From positions 8,804,001 through 8,868,000 of the forward strand of contig OX597821.1 in the NCBI GenBank assembly GCA_951406725.2: a DNA stretch of 64,000 bases, written 5' to 3'. The translations under genes and the position numbers were made by a program. The notes beneath the pieces were generated by a model. It saw only the letters and a list, made by a program, of their open reading frames with translations. It had not been told where the DNA came from and did not search any database. Shown piece after piece: positions 1-13,935 of this stretch. The DNA is from Octopus vulgaris (lineage: Eukaryota). The stretch's first letter is position 1. The number at the start of each line of letters is the position of its first letter.

Positions 1-120
1 AGATTTGAACACTTATCTCGGAATAAGTAGGTAAAGTAACGAATATAATAAACATCCGTTCTGTCATTCTACTAACTCATTTATCTCTTCTACTCCCTAT
101 TCCATACCAAATTATAAAAT

Positions 121-121
121 A

Positions 122-158
<37 letters not shown>

Positions 159-176
159 AATATATATGTATATATA

Positions 177-239
<63 letters not shown>

Positions 240-307
240 CTATATATATATGTATATATATATATCTATATATATGTATATATATGTAACTATATACATA
301 TGCATAT

Positions 308-348
<41 letters not shown>

Positions 349-500
349 CGTATTTATATACATATATGTATGAGCATACGTATATGAAGATGTATATATG
401 CATATATATATATATATTTACGTACATATATATGTATATGTGCATGTGTGTGTGTATGTAGGTGTGTGTACATGCATGTGTATATATATATATATTACGT
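121..500. repeat. (AT)n / (GT)n microsatellite tract
   Basis: Long imperfect dinucleotide runs; source of the poly-IY ORFs. Confidence 0.95.
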
Positions 501-1184
501 ATTTGTGTGGGTGCGATTCGCTTTACGAAAGCAAAAGAGAAAGAAAATTTCACAGTGAGGAGTGGAAAGAAGACACACAGACACACAGACAGACAGATAG
601 ACAGATAAATAGATACACTAATAATTTGGCAATAAAGCAATTCTTTGATTTATGAACAAACGACAGATAAGAATTTAATCTTTGCCAAATCGCTTTTTGG
701 CGCCACTCACATAATTCACACGCACACATATATCACTTAAAACACGTACTCATACATACTCGTGACACATCCGTGCGCATGCACTTGTATCACATTCCCT
801 CATGTATACATGCGGACGTACATGAATATGTAAATACATGCGCACATGACCATATAGATGTATTTATTTTACATGCACTGCGCACAGGACATCCACACAT
901 ATGTATACACAAACTAAAACAAATACAGCTAACCATGTACACACAGACATACACGAGTCCACATTCAGCGCTCACATACTCTTTCAGTCTATCAGGTTTT
1001 TATCAGATAGGCTATTTAAGGCCAAAATCGTAAATTATTGTATTAAGCCCGCCATAATTGCTATCGTTGGATAAACAATCGTAACATACTAAATCTTGTT
1101 GCGCAAAAACATAGGATCACATTATAAATACCACACCCACCCACACACATACGCACAAACTTGCACACATATATGTACGTATAT

Positions 1185-1418
<234 letters not shown>

Positions 1419-1475
1419 GCCTTTAGTCGAAGAAATCTATCACAGGACGTATTCTTTGTAAGTCTAATACATTAA

Positions 1476-2197
1476 CTATCGGTCTCTTTTGCCGAACTGC
1501 TCGGTAACGGGGACGTAAACACACCGACATCGGTTGTCACAAAAATGCATACATACATATATATATATATATATCAGATGAGCTTCTTTCAGGTTCCGTC
1601 TACCAAATCCACTCGCAAAGCAGGAAGATTGGCATGGAATTACATACCTCGCCAGTGGTAGAAAATTTTGGAACAGTGGAACAGCTGTTTCCCATGCCTT
1701 GTCCTCTCCACTTCTTCGACGCTGGTACCGGTCTTTATCTGTGGTGCCGCTTCACTCTCCTTTTCTTCAACCTCCACGGGTAGTAGAGCACCAGCCATAT
1801 TCCCATTCTCTTGTCTTTCTTTAAATTTCTCAAGTGGTGGCGGAGAATCCTCTCTAATGTGGCCTTTTAGGTCACATTTATAGCGCCGCGGAATCCTCTC
1901 TTCCTTTCTAACTTTCAATGTTGCCTCGCCGACTGTGATGGTCTCGATCATCTTTTCAATGTCTTCTTCGGCAATTTGCACCATCATATCAAGGCTTTGT
2001 CCTTGCTAGTTCCTGTGGGGTGTTCTGGTCGCCTGGAGGACCAACAACCTCTGCTCCATGCCTAACAGTATGGCAGCTACCAACCAGGCTATATTCACTT
2101 CAAGAGGTATTTCCTCTACCCTAACTCTAGAAGCACGTCTCCCAAGTTCCACGCAGTGTGACTGAACCTGGAACTATGTGGTTTGGAAATAAGCTTC
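1476..2197 (-). mobile_element. SINE family A copy interrupted by a 520-bp insertion
   Basis: 1476-1620 and 2141-2197 match consecutive parts of the SINE at 27586-27981 (tatcgg..gccgaac..taacgggga; ccgtctaccaaatccactc; ccacgcagtg..tgaacc..ggaac). Confidence 0.8.
1630..2146. repeat. Local duplication of LINE ORF1 sequence (inverted 51 bp plus direct 465 bp)
   Basis: 1630-1680 is the reverse complement of 3414-3464; 1682-2146 is a direct copy of 2864-3328. Confidence 0.9.
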
Positions 2198-2204
2198 TAT
2201 ATTT

Positions 2205-3779
2205 CATGAAATTAGCCATGAAGGGGACAGCACAAGGTGGGGATAAAAAAAACCCAATTGAAAGAATGAATTAATAAAATATGGAAGATGACTTGAAGCC
2301 GTTCGGCCCAACCTTCGAGCGACTTCAGTGAACCTGTTAATACAACATTTTTAAACACTAGTTTATAATACAAATATTAGCGACAGCAAATTATCATTCC
2401 TCCGAAGAATATTTACATTGTGCGTCTTTAAAATACCGTAAACCCTTACTTTTTTAGGTATTGAGGTGGTGTCCAGTTTCTTGACCCAGCACTCATAGTC
2501 ACGATTTTCCTCAAAGTCCTTTAATCTCGATATCTATGCTGGATCTGCCACTACACAACGAAGGTACTCGGGCATTCCTTTTGCTCCTCATACATCCAGC
2601 TTTATGATACTGTACCACGAGTCTATTTTGTTATTCTCTTCTTCATTTTCACCACTGTACACTATAACACATTTTTCCAAGTGTCGGAGAATGGGAGGCT
2701 CCCGTGTGTTCATGCTTGTGCTTATGTCAGGCAGGTAGTGGAGAAGGCTGGGGCATGCAGGGAGTGAATGGAGTAGAGTGGGTGTGGGTGGGTGCTGGGT
2801 GGGTGTGGGATGGGGGTCGTCCTTTACAGCGTGTGCCTTTTTCCCTCTTTCTTCTCTTTTTCTCAGCTGTTTCCCATGCCTTGTCCTCTCCACTTCTTCG
2901 ACGCTGGTACCGGTCTTTATCTGTGGTGCCGCTTCACTCTCCTTTTCTTCAACCTCCACGGGTAGTAGAGCACCAGCCACATTCCCATTCTCTTGTCTCT
3001 CTTTAAATTTCTCAAGTGGTGGCGGAGAATCCTCTCTAATGTGGTCTTTTAGGTCACATTTATAGCGCCGCGGAACCCTCTCTTCCTTTCTAACTTTTAA
3101 TGTTGCCTCGCCGACTGTGATGGTCTCGATCATCTTTTCAATGTCTTCTTCGGCAACTTGCACCATCATATCAAGGCTTTGTCCTTGCTAGTTCCTGTGG
3201 GGTGTTCTGGTGGCCTGGAGGACCAACAACCTCTGCTCCATGCCTAACTGTATGGCAGCTACCAACCAGGCTACATTCACTTCAAGAGGTATTTCCTCTA
3301 CCCTAACCCTGGAAGCACGTCTCCCAAGGTATACGGGTAGCAGAACCACTTCATCAGTTCTCAGCGTTGTTGTTGAGTGAAGACTGGCGATAGATACCTC
3401 CTAAAACCGCACCTCCACTGTTCCAAAATTTTCTACCACTGGCGAGGTATGTAATTCCATGCCAGATTGGTTTGAGAGCCTTTTCCACTTGAGCCATTGA
3501 CACAACTTCAATGTTCCTGGCTGCTATCGAGTGTGTTCTATAAATTATAGTCTTCTCATTTTTCTAATTTAACACTTTCACGTCGTTCCCCTCCCTTTTA
3601 AGTATTTCCTTGAACTTGCTCAGCTCTTCTAGGTTTATTTCTTCAACTTTTTCTTCAGTCGCCGCCGCTGCATAACTCTTCTCTATTTCCTTGTCCTTCG
3701 TGTTCTCAACCAATTTCTCAACCAGTTTCTCCTCCGACGAATCACGTTGTAGCGAAGAAAACACATCAACTTTTCCCAT
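2205..3779 (-). mobile_element. Disrupted ORF1 (gag-like) of an L1/Tx1-type non-LTR retrotransposon
   Basis: MGKVDVF..KSYAAAA N-terminus; degenerate zinc knuckle (R-Y-KCDLKGHIREDS for CxxCxxxGHxxxxC); internal stops. Confidence 0.6.
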
Positions 3780-3844
3780 AGATAGATAGATAAATAGATA
3801 GACATACATAAATATTCATATGTGTGTGTGTGTGTGTATATATA

Positions 3845-5034
3845 TAGGGGTTGGACAAAATAATGGAAACACTTTAAAATTTCAAACAAGTTTATTTTAA
3901 TATAGGGTAGGACCGCCTTTGGCAGTAATTACAGCTTGAATTCTACGAAGTAAGGACTAATACAAACTTTGAATTGTTTACAAAGGAATTTTTGTCCATT
4001 ATTCAGCTAAAACCGTCTCCAGTTCTTGTAGTGATGATGGTAGAGGATATCGTCTGCTTACATGGTTTTTAAATGCACCATAAATGTTCAATAATACTGA
4101 GATCTGGAGAATGTGGTGGCCAGATAAGGTGTTCAACTTCACTTGAATGTTCTTCGTGCCATTCAGTAATAACTTTAGTTGTGTGAATTACTGCATTATC
4201 ATCCTGAAAGATTGCGTTTCCCTCCAGAAACAGTTCCGCAACCATAGAATGAACTTGATCAGATAAAATGCTTAAATAGTCTTGACTATTAATTCTGCCA
4301 TGAAGGGAAACCATTGGGCTGGAGGATTTCTACGATATAGTCCCCCTCCAGATCATCAATGATACTCCTCCATGTTTAACAATCAGAAGAATACCGTCAA
4401 ATGCTACTTTTGGTTGTCGCCACTAGTATACTCGACTGATGGTCAGAAATAAGGTAAAGGATGACTCGTCTGAGAAAGTAACATTCTTCTACTGCTCTAG
4501 AGACCAAATTCTGTAGGTTTTTACTCCACTCTCAACGCTTTACAACGTTTGTTTTTGAAAGCAGTGGTTTTCTGATTGCATCCCTTCCGTGAAATCTGGC
4601 TTTGTGCAGCCCCCGATGACCAGTTTTTGTGGAAACTGGGTTCTCGAGGTGGTCATTAAGCTCTACAGTAATTTTGAGAGTTCTATTTTTGTGATCGTTT
4701 CTAACAATTCGCGTAAGAGTGCGACGGTCCTAATCTGAAAGTTTTGGTTTTCTTCTAGAGTTTTTTTTCGATGAGGAGGTTTCTCTCACACCTGCTATAC
4801 GAGCATCAACAATTTGACCTCTTTGAAAGTCCGATAGGTCTGTCATTTTAATGAATTTTAATTACCTTTTTCGATGATATCTGAAAAGAAACAACAATTT
4901 TAGCAAAGCATATTAAGTAACACTAATAATAAATCCAAAACCATAAAAATAAACAATCTTTTGACTGTTTTATAGATATTTCCAAATTATGATGCTATGA
5001 TGCTAGGTGTTTCAATTATTTTGCCCAACCCCTG
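3845..5034 (-). mobile_element. Tc1-like DNA transposon, DD36E (Incomer-like), degenerate
   Basis: ~28-bp TIRs (tAGGGGTTGGACAAAATAATGGAAACAC / GTGTTTCAATTATTTTGCCCAACCCCTG) with TA on both sides; transposase MTDLSDFQRGQIV.., FSDES, QDDNA..WPPHSPDLSIIE with 36 residues between D and E. Confidence 0.9.
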
Positions 5035-5046
5035 TATATACATACA

Positions 5047-5102
<56 letters not shown>

Positions 5103-5103
<1 letters not shown>

Positions 5104-5885
5104 GCTGAAAAATTCCAGGCCCTGCGCTACCAGCATCCAAAACTGAATATTAAACTTACAGGATACACCGGTCCACAGGGAATTTCAATCCCAGAGCCTA
5201 AGTCTGTGAGGGACCTGGGTATTGACAGGAGTGATGATACCTCTTTCCAAGTGCACATTACCAGGATGGCGACAAAGTGCAGACGACTGGCTGGGTGGAT
5301 CCTAAGAACATTCAGAATCAGAGATAAGGAAATCATGATGGTCCTCTGGTGGACATTCGTCCTCAGCCGCCTGGATTACTTTGCAATAGTTCAGCTACTG
5401 GGAAAGGTTGAAGCTGCTAAGACTCTACTCTCTGGAGAGAAGACGGGAGAGGTATGCAGTAATATATGTCTGGAAGATCCTGGAAGGAATTGTGTCAAAG
5501 TTTGGCATTGTAAGCTACACCAATGCTAGAACGGGACGACACTGCATAGTCCCAAAGATCCCAGCAATGCCATCACGCTTCAGGACCAGCTTCTGAACAG
5601 CCTGGGTTTCAAGGGCCCACAGCTTTTTAATATTCTCCCAAAGAGTCTGAGGAACTTGCACAAAGTAGATGTAGGGGTTTTGAAATCAAAGCTGGACATC
5701 TTCCTGTCGAGAGTCCCAGATGAACCTACCTCACGGCAAGAGATACAAATGAGAGTAGCTATATCAAACTCCATTCTTCACCAAGTGCCACATATTAGAC
5801 GAGGTTCTTCGCAATAACAGTGTAGCACAGAACGGCGGTGCATCAGCATGGCGGCAGCTCTGAGCTGAAACTAGAGAAAAAAGAA
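5103..5885 (+). mobile_element. 3' fragment of a CR1/L2-group LINE
   Basis: VRDLGI..F..HI..GWILRTF, SRLDY, LYSLERRRERY C-terminal RT-region motifs; ends in a stem-loop plus A-rich tail. Confidence 0.8.
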
Positions 5886-5994
5886 ATATATATATATATA
5901 TATATTCAAATGGCGGTGCCCCAGCATGGCCACAGCTCGTGAGCTGAAACTAGAATCAATCAATCCTTACACAAATATGTCTGCGTTCAGGTTT

Positions 5995-6170
5995 GATCCA
6001 CAACCCACTGCTTGACAGCCGCTGTTGGTTTATTTACGACCCTTTGACCTAGTACTTCGGCAGACAGACTGATGGCAGAAATACCAATCTTAAAGAATAA
6101 ATACTGGAGTTGATTTATTTGTCGAAGACGGTGTCCCAATCCGACAGCAGTCGTATGAATGAAAAAAGTA
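5995..6170 (+). mobile_element. SINE family A, degenerate 3' half
   Basis: Similar to 9020-9200 (gcttgaca..gttgg, actggagttgattt, ggtgtccca..cagtcgtatgaatgaaa). Confidence 0.6.
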
Positions 6171-6237
<67 letters not shown>

Positions 6238-7279
6238 TTTATAACAGTCCATGCCAGACATATTCTCTGCTTTCTTTGTACTGATACTAGATAAGTTGTT
6301 ACTGGTCTTTAATTCAACATTTCTGTGTTTCTTGGAGGAAATCAGGACAGTGTGTCACTCGCCATTAGTCGTCCAACCATCACAGCATTTCTGGGGTTAA
6401 GAGAGTGAATGACGAAGAAAGAAACGATAAACAATTTACTTCAGAACATGACTGGTTATTTGCTTATCGACCCAGATAAATTAAAAGCAATGTTAGCCAT
6501 GACTGGTTTCGAGCTGAGACTGCAAAAGCCGGATTATTTACCGATAGACATTTATTTGACGCTCTAAAGATTCTTCCGAAAGACCGGCTAACTAAATCTC
6601 TAGACAACACAATGTATGCATACAAACACTCACATGCACATAATTACATACATACGCACACATATATAAACATATACATACACACACATATATAGCATCA
6701 TGATCTTAAATTCCTGTTTTCGGCTGAAGAACGTAGTGACGTGAGACTCGAGTCGCGAGACAAACTTTTAGCTTCAGTTTCCATTAGAAGACCATGTCCT
6801 TTAGAACATGTATTAAGAATTCCTTTCTCATTCGTTTGCCATAACACAATGTACACTCATAAATATAGATATAGATACATACATACATAGATACATGCAT
6901 GCATAGTCTATACGCAGGCCCGGGGTACTTACGAGTCTACCAACTTGCCGCTTGAAGGTGTATATCAATAATAGCAATAAACAGTGATAGTACCAATTTC
7001 ACTTCTTGGCTAACAGGTAAATGTTGGCCAACAAGCCATCAAAAATAACAAGACCATTACCAACACCGTTTTCTTACGAGATGGTTAGAACAGAGAAACT
7101 TAGAGAAAGCAGGTGATTTGTGCAGAAGGAAATGCTTCGCCTTAGTTGTACCCCTGGAGGTATTATAAAATGTAGAGAGACGTACAAAGCTTTACAAGTT
7201 CCTAAGCATTTACAGTCTGCGTGGAAAGGTTAATGCATGTGTCGGAGAAGTACTGGAAACTGGAAAGATTGAGAGACTG

Positions 7280-7339
<60 letters not shown>

Positions 7340-8666
7340 GAGTGAGTGAGGGAAAAACAGGCAGCGATAACATCTGGCTCCCGTGGAAGCTCCGGAAATG
7401 AATATCTGTCCTGGTATCGTGGAGTGGATCATGCTGAAGTCTTCCTAACTACCAGTAACATCTGAGCCCCATCTATATGATTATATGGAAATAACATAGA
7501 ACGTAGAGAGAGACAGAAAGGCTGATAAAAGGAGATAAGAAGCAGAATGATCTATGAGAGCAAAAGGTGTGTAAATCCTCCATAAAAGAACCTATTTTGT
7601 GGAAGAATTTGATGTTTACAATCATGAGAACATACAAGTTGTAGCCCAAAACTGTGGCCCAACTATCTGCAACCCAGCAATCTGCAGCGCAGCAGGCTGC
7701 ACCTTGGTAAGCTGCACTAATTTTCCTCTTATCTTACTGGTTACATGAAAGAGGTCACTTACAAGAATGCTCGTTGTTCTCGTTTTGCAACCACTCGATG
7801 TTGAAGGCTAGTTTGACCAACAAAGTATAACAGCCATCGAGGGAATTGGCTAGGACCGCGAACCTGCTCAAAGTTCTGCTTTGAATTGTATCGATTGTTG
7901 CTTACGAAAATTCCTTTCTTGAGTAGTCAGGAGAGGTTGAAAGATCAGTTATTCTATGTAACATAGATCGCGTTCCAGGCAAGGCTTCTATGCATATCGA
8001 CGAAAAGCTGAATTATACAACAAGGAGTCGAAAAAATCTAATATATTGCCATTATTTGTCGTCTTCATGTTTTCAAGCAAATCATGTCTGCAATCAATTA
8101 TGAATAAATACTATTTTATCGCTTCCACTAGGAAGTCATAAAACTGTAGACAAGTCATTTATGAAGATGACGTTTTTTTGTTACATGTATTTCCGGAATC
8201 TCTTCAAGTACTGCTGTAATGGCTACAATAGAAACAGAGGAGATGGGCAACAAAAAACAACGATAAAAAAAGCTTTATTGAAATCATAGCTATTACTCTA
8301 TTTTATAATACAATAATTGAAGTTTAAGTACAATAATGGTTAATTACCCGTAGTTGACGCTATAATGTAAACCGAGTGCGGACATTTTAAGTAAGTTTAT
8401 AGGCCTATTTGATATTATAATAATGTTTGTTAATTATACAGAAGACACCGAGACAATGTAGCTTAAAGTTACTGTCATGGCGGCTGTGTAGTTGAAAATA
8501 CCCCTTCGTAATTACATGGTGAAGCGTTCGGTGATGCTGCGCGGCATCATCAGTCGATATCTTCTGTTAGAGTATGATAGAACATTTCTGTTGTTTACCA
8601 TATTTTGCAACTGTAATTTAATAGGGAAAAAATGATAGATATAAATATATATATATATATATAATT

Positions 8667-8800
<134 letters not shown>

Positions 8801-8810
8801 TGTATATTGG

Positions 8811-9206
8811 TAGGCGTATGTGTGACTGTGTAGTAAGAAGCTTGTTTCCCAAACACATGCTTCTGGGTTCAGTCCCACTGCATGGCACATTGGCCAAGTG
8901 TCTTCTACTATAGCATCGTTATAGCCTCAAGCCGACCAAAGCCTTATTTGGTAGACAGAAACTGAAAGAGCCCCGATATGTGTGTGTGTATGTATGTGTG
9001 TGCGTATTTTTCTCCCACAACCGCTTGATAACCGATGTTGGCGCGTTTTCGTCCCCTAGTGGTTCGGTAAAAGAATTTGATAGAATATATAAGTACTAGG
9101 TTTTGAGAAACATAATTACTGGGGTCGATTCATTCGGCTAAAAGTTTTTCAAAGCGGTGCCCCAGCATGGCTACAGTCTGACTGACACAGTTAAAAGAAT
9201 GAATAA
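8811..9206 (+). mobile_element. SINE family A (tRNA-derived head), near full length
   Basis: Head with gggttcagtccc B-box-like motif, body ccgaccaaagcc..ggtagac.gaaactgaaaga, tail gcggtgcccagcatggc. Confidence 0.85.
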
Positions 9207-9239
9207 AAGAATATATATATATATCAATATATAAAACAT

Positions 9240-9640
9240 ATAAGAAAATGGAGAGGATAATCAATCGACAAACATCAGCTTGTAAGCATTCACTTGGATC
9301 TATTTATTAATTAGTTACAATCATATGCATAATTAATTAAAAAAAAATTAAGCAAATTAACAAACAAATAAATAAATAAAGATAAGAATAAATGAGTGAA
9401 AAATTAAACCCTTACAGCTGTTTCCACTTTGATGGTGTCCAACTTGTCAAGGTTTCCACATCATACCAGTTATGCACAGGGATTGTACAAAGGTTGAACA
9501 AACATTGTGCAGGGGTTTTGATTATTTATACATATGATTGTAGTTAATTAATTAATTAATTAACTAATTAATATACCCAAATGAATGTTTACAGACTGAT
9601 GTTTGTCGACTGATTATCCTCTCCATTTTCTTATTTGCCT
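9240..9640 (-). mobile_element. Non-coding PLE-derived element with inverted termini and a partial hammerhead
   Basis: 9240-9300 is inverted at 9575-9635; minus strand has GAAAC-agct-GTA-agggttt; terminus resembles 55295-55348. Confidence 0.6.
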
Positions 9641-9829
9641 TATAAATTCTGGGTAAATTTCTGATTTACCCCCACTCACACCTATTATCCAATTGTGCTA
9701 CTGTCCTGCAACAGTAAGCACTTGGACATAAATACGTAGGTATATATCCAGTAGTATACTAGATATTTATTATCCCTTAGATGGTTGTTTAACCTCTAAC
9801 TCATATAAACATATATCAATATATATAAG

Positions 9830-11440
9830 TTTTAGTCTCTTCCCAAGCTGTTACAGTACTGAGTCGATATTCTAGACGGAGAAGATTGGATCCTTGGTAT
9901 TATGCTGTGCCATCCACTTCGATAGTTTCTCTAACTTTTAATTCCAAATTTGGGAGCTAAATCTTTCAGAATCTTTCATACGTATCTCACTGCATATCTT
10001 TCATCCTTTCTCTCTAGAGAATAGAGATTCAGTTCTCTTAGTTTCTCCCAGTAGCTCATCGGTTCAATCTTCTGACTGTAATGATGATGGATTGCCTTTA
10101 ATTCCGCCATCAGTCTGATGCTCTGCAATGACCATAGTTGCATAATGTTACCATTTAGGTAACATGCACACAAAATGTGGCATCATTATTCATGTGGATT
10201 CCCACACCACCCACCAACTCTGACTCTGGAATTGCACAATACCCTGGTCCTCTGAATTTCCATTGTAGTCTCTTTGTGGGTCGATAGTGGAGTTCTTGAA
10301 ACATTTCAGCTTTGAACTGCATGTTATTTTCATCAGCCCACCTGTATATCACATTCAGGTCCTTCTGCAGTTTTAGGATGTTATCAGGATCCTTGATTAC
10401 CTGCCATACTTTTTATTAACAGCATAGCTGGTGAGTGTCGCTGACTGTATGGCTGAAGGTATTCCTGAGTGAGCCACAACGCACAGTAGTACTCATGTAC
10501 AGTTCCTTGAAGGAATCTGCTAAAAATTGCTGTTTCCTCAGAGAGGGCAGCATTGCCTGAACGTTTCTGACCTCTGTCTTTTAAAATGTCATGCAACCAC
10601 ATTTATAATTTTCCAACGATACCAAAGTCACGTAGTTTGTGACATATCATCCGACGATCAGGTTTGTCGAAGGTCTTGGCAAATTCAAGATATATCACAA
10701 ACACATTTGAGTGATTGAGCTGTTGCTTCAGTACCCATTCATAAATGTCTAGTAGCTGTGTGAGATAGCTCATCTCTGGACGGGAGTTGCATGTTTGTGA
10801 GTAAGTTATTTTCTTCCAGGAACGTGATCAACTTCCTTAGGTCACAGAGAAAGGCTTGTACATTTTAGCAATTATTCTACATCCTCCTGTATGAAAAGGA
10901 CATATTATTTCTTCTTTTAACATTTCGGTAAGTTGATCACATGCAAGGATAGTTTGAAACGGTTTCTGCAGTGGCTTTGCAAGTGTTTCCTTGCATGTCT
11001 TTAAAAGAACAGCTAGAAATCCATCTGGTGTCTTGGCTGAGTTCGATTTCATCTTCCCAATAGCCGATATTATAACTTTCTCTTTTATGCTGATGTAATC
11101 AATGGTTGCGTCTTTCCTATATAGATTTGTGGTGTTGAAGAACTCATGAGGCTTGCTTATTTGTATGTTTTCCAATGGGGAGTTGAATACACTCTGTAAA
11201 TTGTTTATTTAGCACTTCACTCATCCTCTAGGAGTCTCCAGCTATTGAGCCGTCTTCTTAAAACGATGATCCTACCTTGTAGTGTATCGAGGCATACGTC
11301 TTCGCAAATTTGAAGAAGAATTTAGGATTCGTTTTTCTATTTTCCACCATCCAGGATTTTGTTTCTTTCCTTAATCTTTCATGGAAGAGTCTGAGTACGC
11401 CTCTTTGATGAAGGACATATTGCACCCATTCAGTTCGGAA
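9830..11440 (-). mobile_element. Degenerate CR1/L2-group LINE RT
   Basis: NPKFFFKFAK, PDGFLAVLLKTCKETLAKPL, IYRWADENNMQF, SYWEKLRELNLYSLER; similar to 5103-5885. Confidence 0.8.
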
Positions 11441-12194
11441 AAATCTGTGATTGCATACGTGAGTGCATGATTGTGTGTGTGTGTATGTGCGTGAGAGAGA
11501 GAGAGAGGGAGAGAGAGAGAGTGAGTGAGTGAGTGAGTGAGTGAGTGAGAGAGAGAGTAGGAGAGAGAAAGTGAGTGAGTGAGAGAGAGAGTGGGAGAGA
11601 GAAAGAAGGGGTAAATTGTTGTGTCGAAACATGTCTCTTTTTGACAAAAACACAGCCTATCGATTTGACAGAGATCGCTAAACTATGTTCTTAAGCGTCG
11701 ATGTAGTCAATCAATAGACACGGAGGTGGTGATGACGCAGAAACGCCTCATTAGAATGACTTAAATCATTTTGAAATAGTAGTTTGTAGTTGCCCTTGAT
11801 ATCATTATGAATTATTTTTCGTACTGCATAAAGGTTGGTTCTAGTGCTATACACTTTCCTACTAAAACAGAGTTCATATCACTTAGGAATGTCGTAATAC
11901 AATTTCTTAACTCAAATATCGCTGCAATTATCCTGAAAGAAGTCAATAGTAAAAGACCCCATGTCACTAAAATGGTAGCTGGAAAAATTATTTCAAGAAA
12001 TATCTGAAAAACAGTTATACATGGATGAATTTTAGATATACGACTCCCTTTTCGAGTGGGCTATAATATCTTACATCATAACTTGAAAGATTACGCCAGG
12101 TGACGCTATTAAGTTAGATATAACCTAAGCTACAATATAGTCATACTTCCATACGCATATACATAACATACATAAATGCACATGCGTACAATGA

Positions 12195-12363
<169 letters not shown>

Positions 12364-13234
12364 GATTTGTGAATATATATTCAAACATATGTATGTGTGT
12401 GAGTGTGTGTGTATGCATGTATGCATGCATACATATTTCTACCTATGCGTGGACGTGTGTGTATCTATCTCAATACATATAAATATCAATATGTAATTAT
12501 GTTTGTGTGTGTGTGTGTTAGTACATGTGTGCGTGTACATCTGTGTGATTCCCTCCTCCGTCCCAACAAAAAAAAAATTCCCACCTCAGAGGTAAGAAGC
12601 CATTCATAGATGTATTTCCGCCTACCGACATAGGCAGACAGAATGTTTTCTAAAGAAACCACACAGGAGAATTAACTTAACAGAAACCCATTCTCACTTG
12701 GTTAACTATATTGATTTCTTTAGATTTAAGCTATATTTCAGTCTCTGGCAGTTTTCCTTCTATTCTCTTGCTATATTATTCTTTGTGCTTTTTTTTTTAA
12801 AAAATACATTTTCTTTTTTCTTCATTTTTATTCTATTCTTCTTCCTTTTCTTATTTGATTTTTTAAAATATATATCATCATCATCATTATTATTATTATT
12901 AGATTTTTTTTTCAATAAATTCTGGAAATTGATTCTTCTCGTCAGAAATCTCGATAGTTTTTTTTGTCAATAGTAGAGATACTTGTCTAATTATCAAAAG
13001 CCGCTATGTCCTCTGCAATTCTTGTTAAGTATCTATTCTTCCAAAAGACGAGGCGATAAATTGCTGAATAGAATAGTGGAGTAATAACAACAAACTCAAA
13101 AACAGCAGCAACAACAATGATAGCGTTGATAATAATAATATTAATAAGAGTGGGGATAATAAAGAAAAAAAATACGAAGAAGAATGGACGATAATGGTGA
13201 TGATAATGATAATAATATTCAACGAAAGAATAGC

Positions 13235-13235
<1 letters not shown>

Positions 13236-13296
<61 letters not shown>

Positions 13297-13316
13297 AGAA
13301 GAAGAACGAAAGAAGA
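13236..13316. repeat. (AAG)n microsatellite
   Basis: Directly visible. Confidence 0.95.
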
Positions 13317-13649
13317 AAATATAAGTTGAATGAATTTTATCGTCTCTAATTTATAGCTCTGTTTCACACGAAGATTCTAAGAATTAATCTTACGCGATAA
13401 AAATGTATGAATAAAAAAGGAAGACAAAAATATCGAATTTCAGGACAGATTTGTCTTTAGCCACAGGCCGGTTTCCATCCAATAATTTAGTGTACTGCAT
13501 GAATCGTTTGTGATATGCTGGCTTTGTATTGCGTGCTGTGTTGCGATGTTTTGTATTTATTCTGTTATGTGATACGCGTTGTAATAAGTGTTGAGCTTAA
13601 TACTATACTCTGTTGTTATATCGAGTTGTGTTCTGCCTTGTTGGCGTTT

Positions 13650-13935
13650 CAGCGTACCTGAGTGCTTAGGAAGTTCTTTTCACAACTAAGAGGTCTAGGT
13701 TTCGATCCTACTAAGATACATGGATTGTTGGTAAGTGTCAATTTCTATGGAATCCAATTGGATAGACTTTACCTCTTGTGCAAATGTACAGCCTTGTTAC
13801 ACACTCTGATTGTGCCTGATAATTTCATTAGAAAGTTACATTTGTCTGTGAAATACTCGGCCATTTGCACGTTAATTTGGAAACAAGTAATTCAGTGGAT
13901 CAAGCCATTGAATCCTCATTGTTGAACGCCGGAGA
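13650..13935 (+). mobile_element. Degenerate SINE related to family C
   Basis: ggtttcgatcc head; cagccttgt.acactctg; ggccatttgcacgttaattt shared with 21930-22080. Confidence 0.55.

Noticed and set aside
7660-8050. Possible Tc1/mariner-superfamily remnant (GYMKEVTYKN)
   Set aside because: Only one weak motif and no TIRs
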